Source of the DNA: Parachlamydiales bacterium
GTDB taxonomy: Bacteria > Chlamydiota > Chlamydiia > Chlamydiales > Parachlamydiaceae
Length of the DNA stretch: 20,662 nucleotides
Assembly (NCBI GenBank): GCA_020051075.1
Contig: JAGVJP010000005.1
Location: 62,001 to 82,662 of the forward strand
Direction of reading: 5' to 3'
Numbering within the stretch: the first letter of the stretch is position 1; each line of letters opens with the position of its first letter. A program made the translations under genes and the position numbers. The notes below the pieces were generated by a model, which was given only the letters and a program-made list of their open reading frames with translations, had not been told where the DNA came from and did no database searches. Positions 17,720 to 20,662 of this stretch are shown piece after piece.

Positions 17720-18943
17720 TTATCGAGTGACTTCACTAATATCAGAGTAAAAGCGTTTCGAGATAATGGTTCCGTCTGTTGCCTGATCTTTACAGTAGAA
17801 CACTGTGATGAGATTAACAACGGATGATTCTTTACCATTGCGGCCTGTGACCATACTATTTCTGAATATCGCTCTGACTGTCTTAGTTTCAACCCCTTTC
17901 TGCACAGTAAAATGCAGGACTCTTTCCCCATCCACCTTTTTCCCCTGAGATCTCTGGATTTTAGTCCTCGGATTATCAATGAAGTTTTCAGATGTAAATT
18001 CACCTCTTAGGTTTCTAAGACCGAGGGCAGCGATTTCTTTGATTACCCCCCAAGAAACTCTATGGGCAAGTGTCGTGCTGGGATCGTCTCGATATTCCAA
18101 CCGTTCACAAGCAACAGCTTTTTTGATTTCATCACCTATGCGGACCCCTCTAATCGCCTCAGGAACTAAATGTTGTGGTATAGGTTTAGCTGAAGGTTCT
18201 ATCACAGGCGAACTTGCAGGGACTGTCAATGGCGATGGACGTGCAGAGGCCCTCAATGAAGACGGACTTGCAGGGGAGCTCAATGAAGCCAAACTTGGAG
18301 AAGAGTTCAAGGCAAAGTCAGCCACGATCATTCCTGACTGGGGTGTTCTTGTTGGTAACGCTCCTGGAAGTGTTCCAGTAATGGCGGCTCTTTGGCTGCT
18401 TCTAAGCATTCTTGAAGCTAATGATTCCGAAGAAGGAACAGCAACACCATTGGAAGTGCTGACCACCAAGGGAGCTGCAGCTTCTACTTCAGGAGCTGCA
18501 GCTTCTACTTCAGGAGCTGCAGCTTCTACTTCAGGAGCTGGTGCTTTTACTTCGGGAGATGGTGCTCCTACGTCAGGAGCCACTAGCATTAGAGAATTTT
18601 CCGCTGTCTCTATTTCCGGCTCTGCGTGAATCTCTTCTTCAACGTTGGATGAATCTTGTGCCTGGACTTTTCTTATTGTAGTGGGGTCAAAATCGCTAAC
18701 ATCAGCTCGCAACACAGCTTTTGGTGAAGCCGGTTGCTGAGGCATGTAGGTTTGAAAGTAGGTTGGATCGAGTATGACGGGAGGATAATACATCGGCTGT
18801 CCGAAATAACCTGGCATTCCGTGCGGAGCGTTGAGCCAATACGCTGTTTGTATGTAAGGAGGTGGCGTTACCGCCCCTCTTGAATAATAGACCGTGCCTG
18901 GAAAATGTGGGGCTGGACTTGCTGATGGAACTGAAGTATACAT
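17720..18943 (-). CDS. Pro/Ala/Ser-rich orphan protein with tandem repeats and a C-terminal globular domain (effector-like)
   Basis: 407 aa ORF with SD AAAGGTAAG upstream and a terminator downstream. The first ~250 aa are low complexity. Confidence 0.8.
   Translation of the reverse strand: MYTSVPSASPAPHFPGTVYYSRGAVTPPPYIQTAYWLNAPHGMPGYFGQPMYYPPVILDPTYFQTYMPQQPASPKAVLRADVSDFDPTTIRKVQAQDSSNVEEEIHAEPEIETAENSLMLVAPDVGAPSPEVKAPAPEVEAAAPEVEAAAPEVEAAAPLVVSTSNGVAVPSSESLASRMLRSSQRAAITGTLPGALPTRTPQSGMIVADFALNSSPSLASLSSPASPSSLRASARPSPLTVPASSPVIEPSAKPIPQHLVPEAIRGVRIGDEIKKAVACERLEYRDDPSTTLAHRVSWGVIKEIAALGLRNLRGEFTSENFIDNPRTKIQRSQGKKVDGERVLHFTVQKGVETKTVRAIFRNSMVTGRNGKESSVVNLITVFYCKDQATDGTIISKRFYSDISEVTR
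18471..18580. repeat. 21-bp coding tandem repeat (APEVEAA)
   Basis: GGAGCTGCAGCTTCTACTTCA occurs 3 times perfectly (18471-18533), followed by two degenerate units and a partial unit. Confidence 0.95.
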
Positions 18944-19414
18944 AATATCTTACCTTTTTTTTTATTTTATTAAAAGACTATTGTAAGATAACCGTATTTA
19001 TACTTTATAAAATGAAAGTTAATCATTCTTTACAATTATTTTGCAAAGAAATCTTAATCAATTTCTTAATAATTAATATTATTTATTTAAATGAATAGAG
19101 ACTAAGAGTGATGTATCAGTCATTGAATTTGAGGAATTGACCTAAAAATAGATCCAAGAGACTAAAATGAATTGGTTAACTAATTATCATATCCACGTTA
19201 ATGACAGGAAGGGAAGGATAGGAAAGATGGTTGGAATGACTTTAGGCTGTGTTACTTTTTTATATCAGAGACGACGTCGTTTGGGTGCTCCAAACGCTTC
19301 GCGATGAAAAAATGGGTAATATTAAGGGCGTTGCACTGGTCATGAACAAGTTAAGTACCACAAGCTGTAGAGGCTGCAAGACAACAGAGGTCTTAGCCTG
19401 ATACGTATGAGACA

Positions 19415-20662
19415 TCACGACGTGCATAATGGGGAGGGGAAACAACTTCCTAGATTGTCCGTGTGAACTGTGCGAAGCGCGTTGTCATAGAAAAAGCCAT
19501 TGACAGGTGGTGTTGAGAGAGCAAGAGCCTTCACACTATCCAAATGAGTGAGCACAAAGCTCACTTCTTGCAGTGAGGCCAGCATTTCAATCAACAGCCC
19601 TCCTGGCTCCATATCACTCACATAAACGACTAAATCGATATTATCGACAGACAACTGTTTAATCGCCTGAAATAACGAAGTGGTTAGTTGTTCAACTTGA
19701 GAGACAACAAGAAGCTGATAAGGTTTGATTCTGAGAATCTCCTGTAAGACGAAAAAGTGATCTTCATCGAAGACTTTATTGCTCATATCTCGAAGAAACA
19801 GTCTGTGGGCAAGGTCTGACAACGTCACCCTTGCACAGCCAACATGTTCAATGGCAATGCCAGCTGCGACGTTGCAAAGCTGAGCCGCCTCCGGATAGGT
19901 GAGCTGATTGGCTATAGCGTGAGTCAATACAGCTAAGACTGTATCTCCAGCACCAGTGACGTCTTTAACTTCTTTGGCATGGACTGGAAAGTCTAAACGT
20001 TTCCCATCATCGTCAAAGAGAGAGATCCCAGCCTCCGAACGGGTGATCATCAGCAGCTTCGCATCAGCTTGCTCTAATACACGAGGGGCGACGAGGTCTA
20101 ATGAAGCAGTCATGGGAAGATTAGCTGCAGCATAAGCCTCAGAAAGGTTAGGCTTGATAACGGTCGTGCCGCTGTATATCGTGAAATCTTGCCCTTTAGG
20201 ATCGGTAATCACAGGAATGTGACGTCTTTTTGCCTCGTGGATCAACACTGTGAGGAGCCTTTTTGTTAGCAGCCCTTTGCCATAGTCAGAGATAGCGACG
20301 ACTTGAACGCCTTCGAGAGCAGCAGGAAGGGCTGAAATAATCGCTTCTTCAATCTCATCATCAAGAGAAATGATCTGCTCACGATCAATTCGAACGATCT
20401 GTTGATTATCTGCGATGATACGGTTCTTAACGGGGGTTAGATAATGTTTCTGCTTCATGATCATTTCAACAGAGACACCTTCAGACTGGAGAAGCTCTTT
20501 CATTCTGTCTCCCGCCCAATCATCCCCTACCCTCCCAATAGCTACAACACTCGCCCCTAAGGAGAGGAGATTTAAAATCACATTTCCTGCACCGCCAGGT
20601 TTGTGCTCTTCTCTAGAAACATTCACAATCGCCACAGGAGCTTCCGGAGAGATCCGCCGCGC
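19415..20662 (-). CDS. hldE: D-glycero-beta-D-manno-heptose-7-phosphate kinase (RfaE/HldE domain I) with a degenerate C-terminal domain, 5'-partial
   Basis: The frame is open to the window edge (ARRISPEAPV). Motifs PGGAGNV, SDYGKG, KPNLSE and the PfkB signature DVTGAGD are present. Confidence 0.88.
   Translation of the reverse strand, partial: ARRISPEAPVAIVNVSREEHKPGGAGNVILNLLSLGASVVAIGRVGDDWAGDRMKELLQSEGVSVEMIMKQKHYLTPVKNRIIADNQQIVRIDREQIISLDDEIEEAIISALPAALEGVQVVAISDYGKGLLTKRLLTVLIHEAKRRHIPVITDPKGQDFTIYSGTTVIKPNLSEAYAAANLPMTASLDLVAPRVLEQADAKLLMITRSEAGISLFDDDGKRLDFPVHAKEVKDVTGAGDTVLAVLTHAIANQLTYPEAAQLCNVAAGIAIEHVGCARVTLSDLAHRLFLRDMSNKVFDEDHFFVLQEILRIKPYQLLVVSQVEQLTTSLFQAIKQLSVDNIDLVVYVSDMEPGGLLIEMLASLQEVSFVLTHLDSVKALALSTPPVNGFFYDNALRTVHTDNLGSCFPSPLCTS

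Noticed and set aside
17979..18629. 216-aa plus-strand ORF with GAAASTS repeats
   Set aside because: It is the antisense shadow of the 407-aa gene, which has the SD and terminator.
19260..19445. 61-aa minus-strand ORF and a 29-aa plus-strand CxxC ORF starting at 19312
   Set aside because: Both are short, with no clear SD or recognisable similarity.

Overview
The window looks like core chromosome of an environmental Chlamydiota-type bacterium. That taxon is inferred from gene content, not proven. From left to right it holds: the 3' end of a YyaL/thioredoxin-domain gene; a long TPR protein flanked by two related long palindromic (MITE/REPIN-like) elements; a small hypothetical gene; and an arginine succinyltransferase cluster (M20 hydrolase in place of AstE, astC, astA, astD, an inserted Cys-repeat orphan, astB) coupled to a YdiJ/GlcD-like FAD/Fe-S hydroxyacid dehydrogenase. 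Converging on that cluster are an Ndk with an apparent signal peptide and a probable DUF1338/HglS-like VOC-fold enzyme. The right end carries two orphan effector-like genes and a 5'-partial rfaE/hldE whose adenylyltransferase half is degenerate. The main leads are (i) AST genes beside HglS-like and YdiJ-like genes, which could form a succinyl-protected lysine to 2-oxoglutarate route, and (ii) a palindromic repeat family with 64-73 bp perfect arms.
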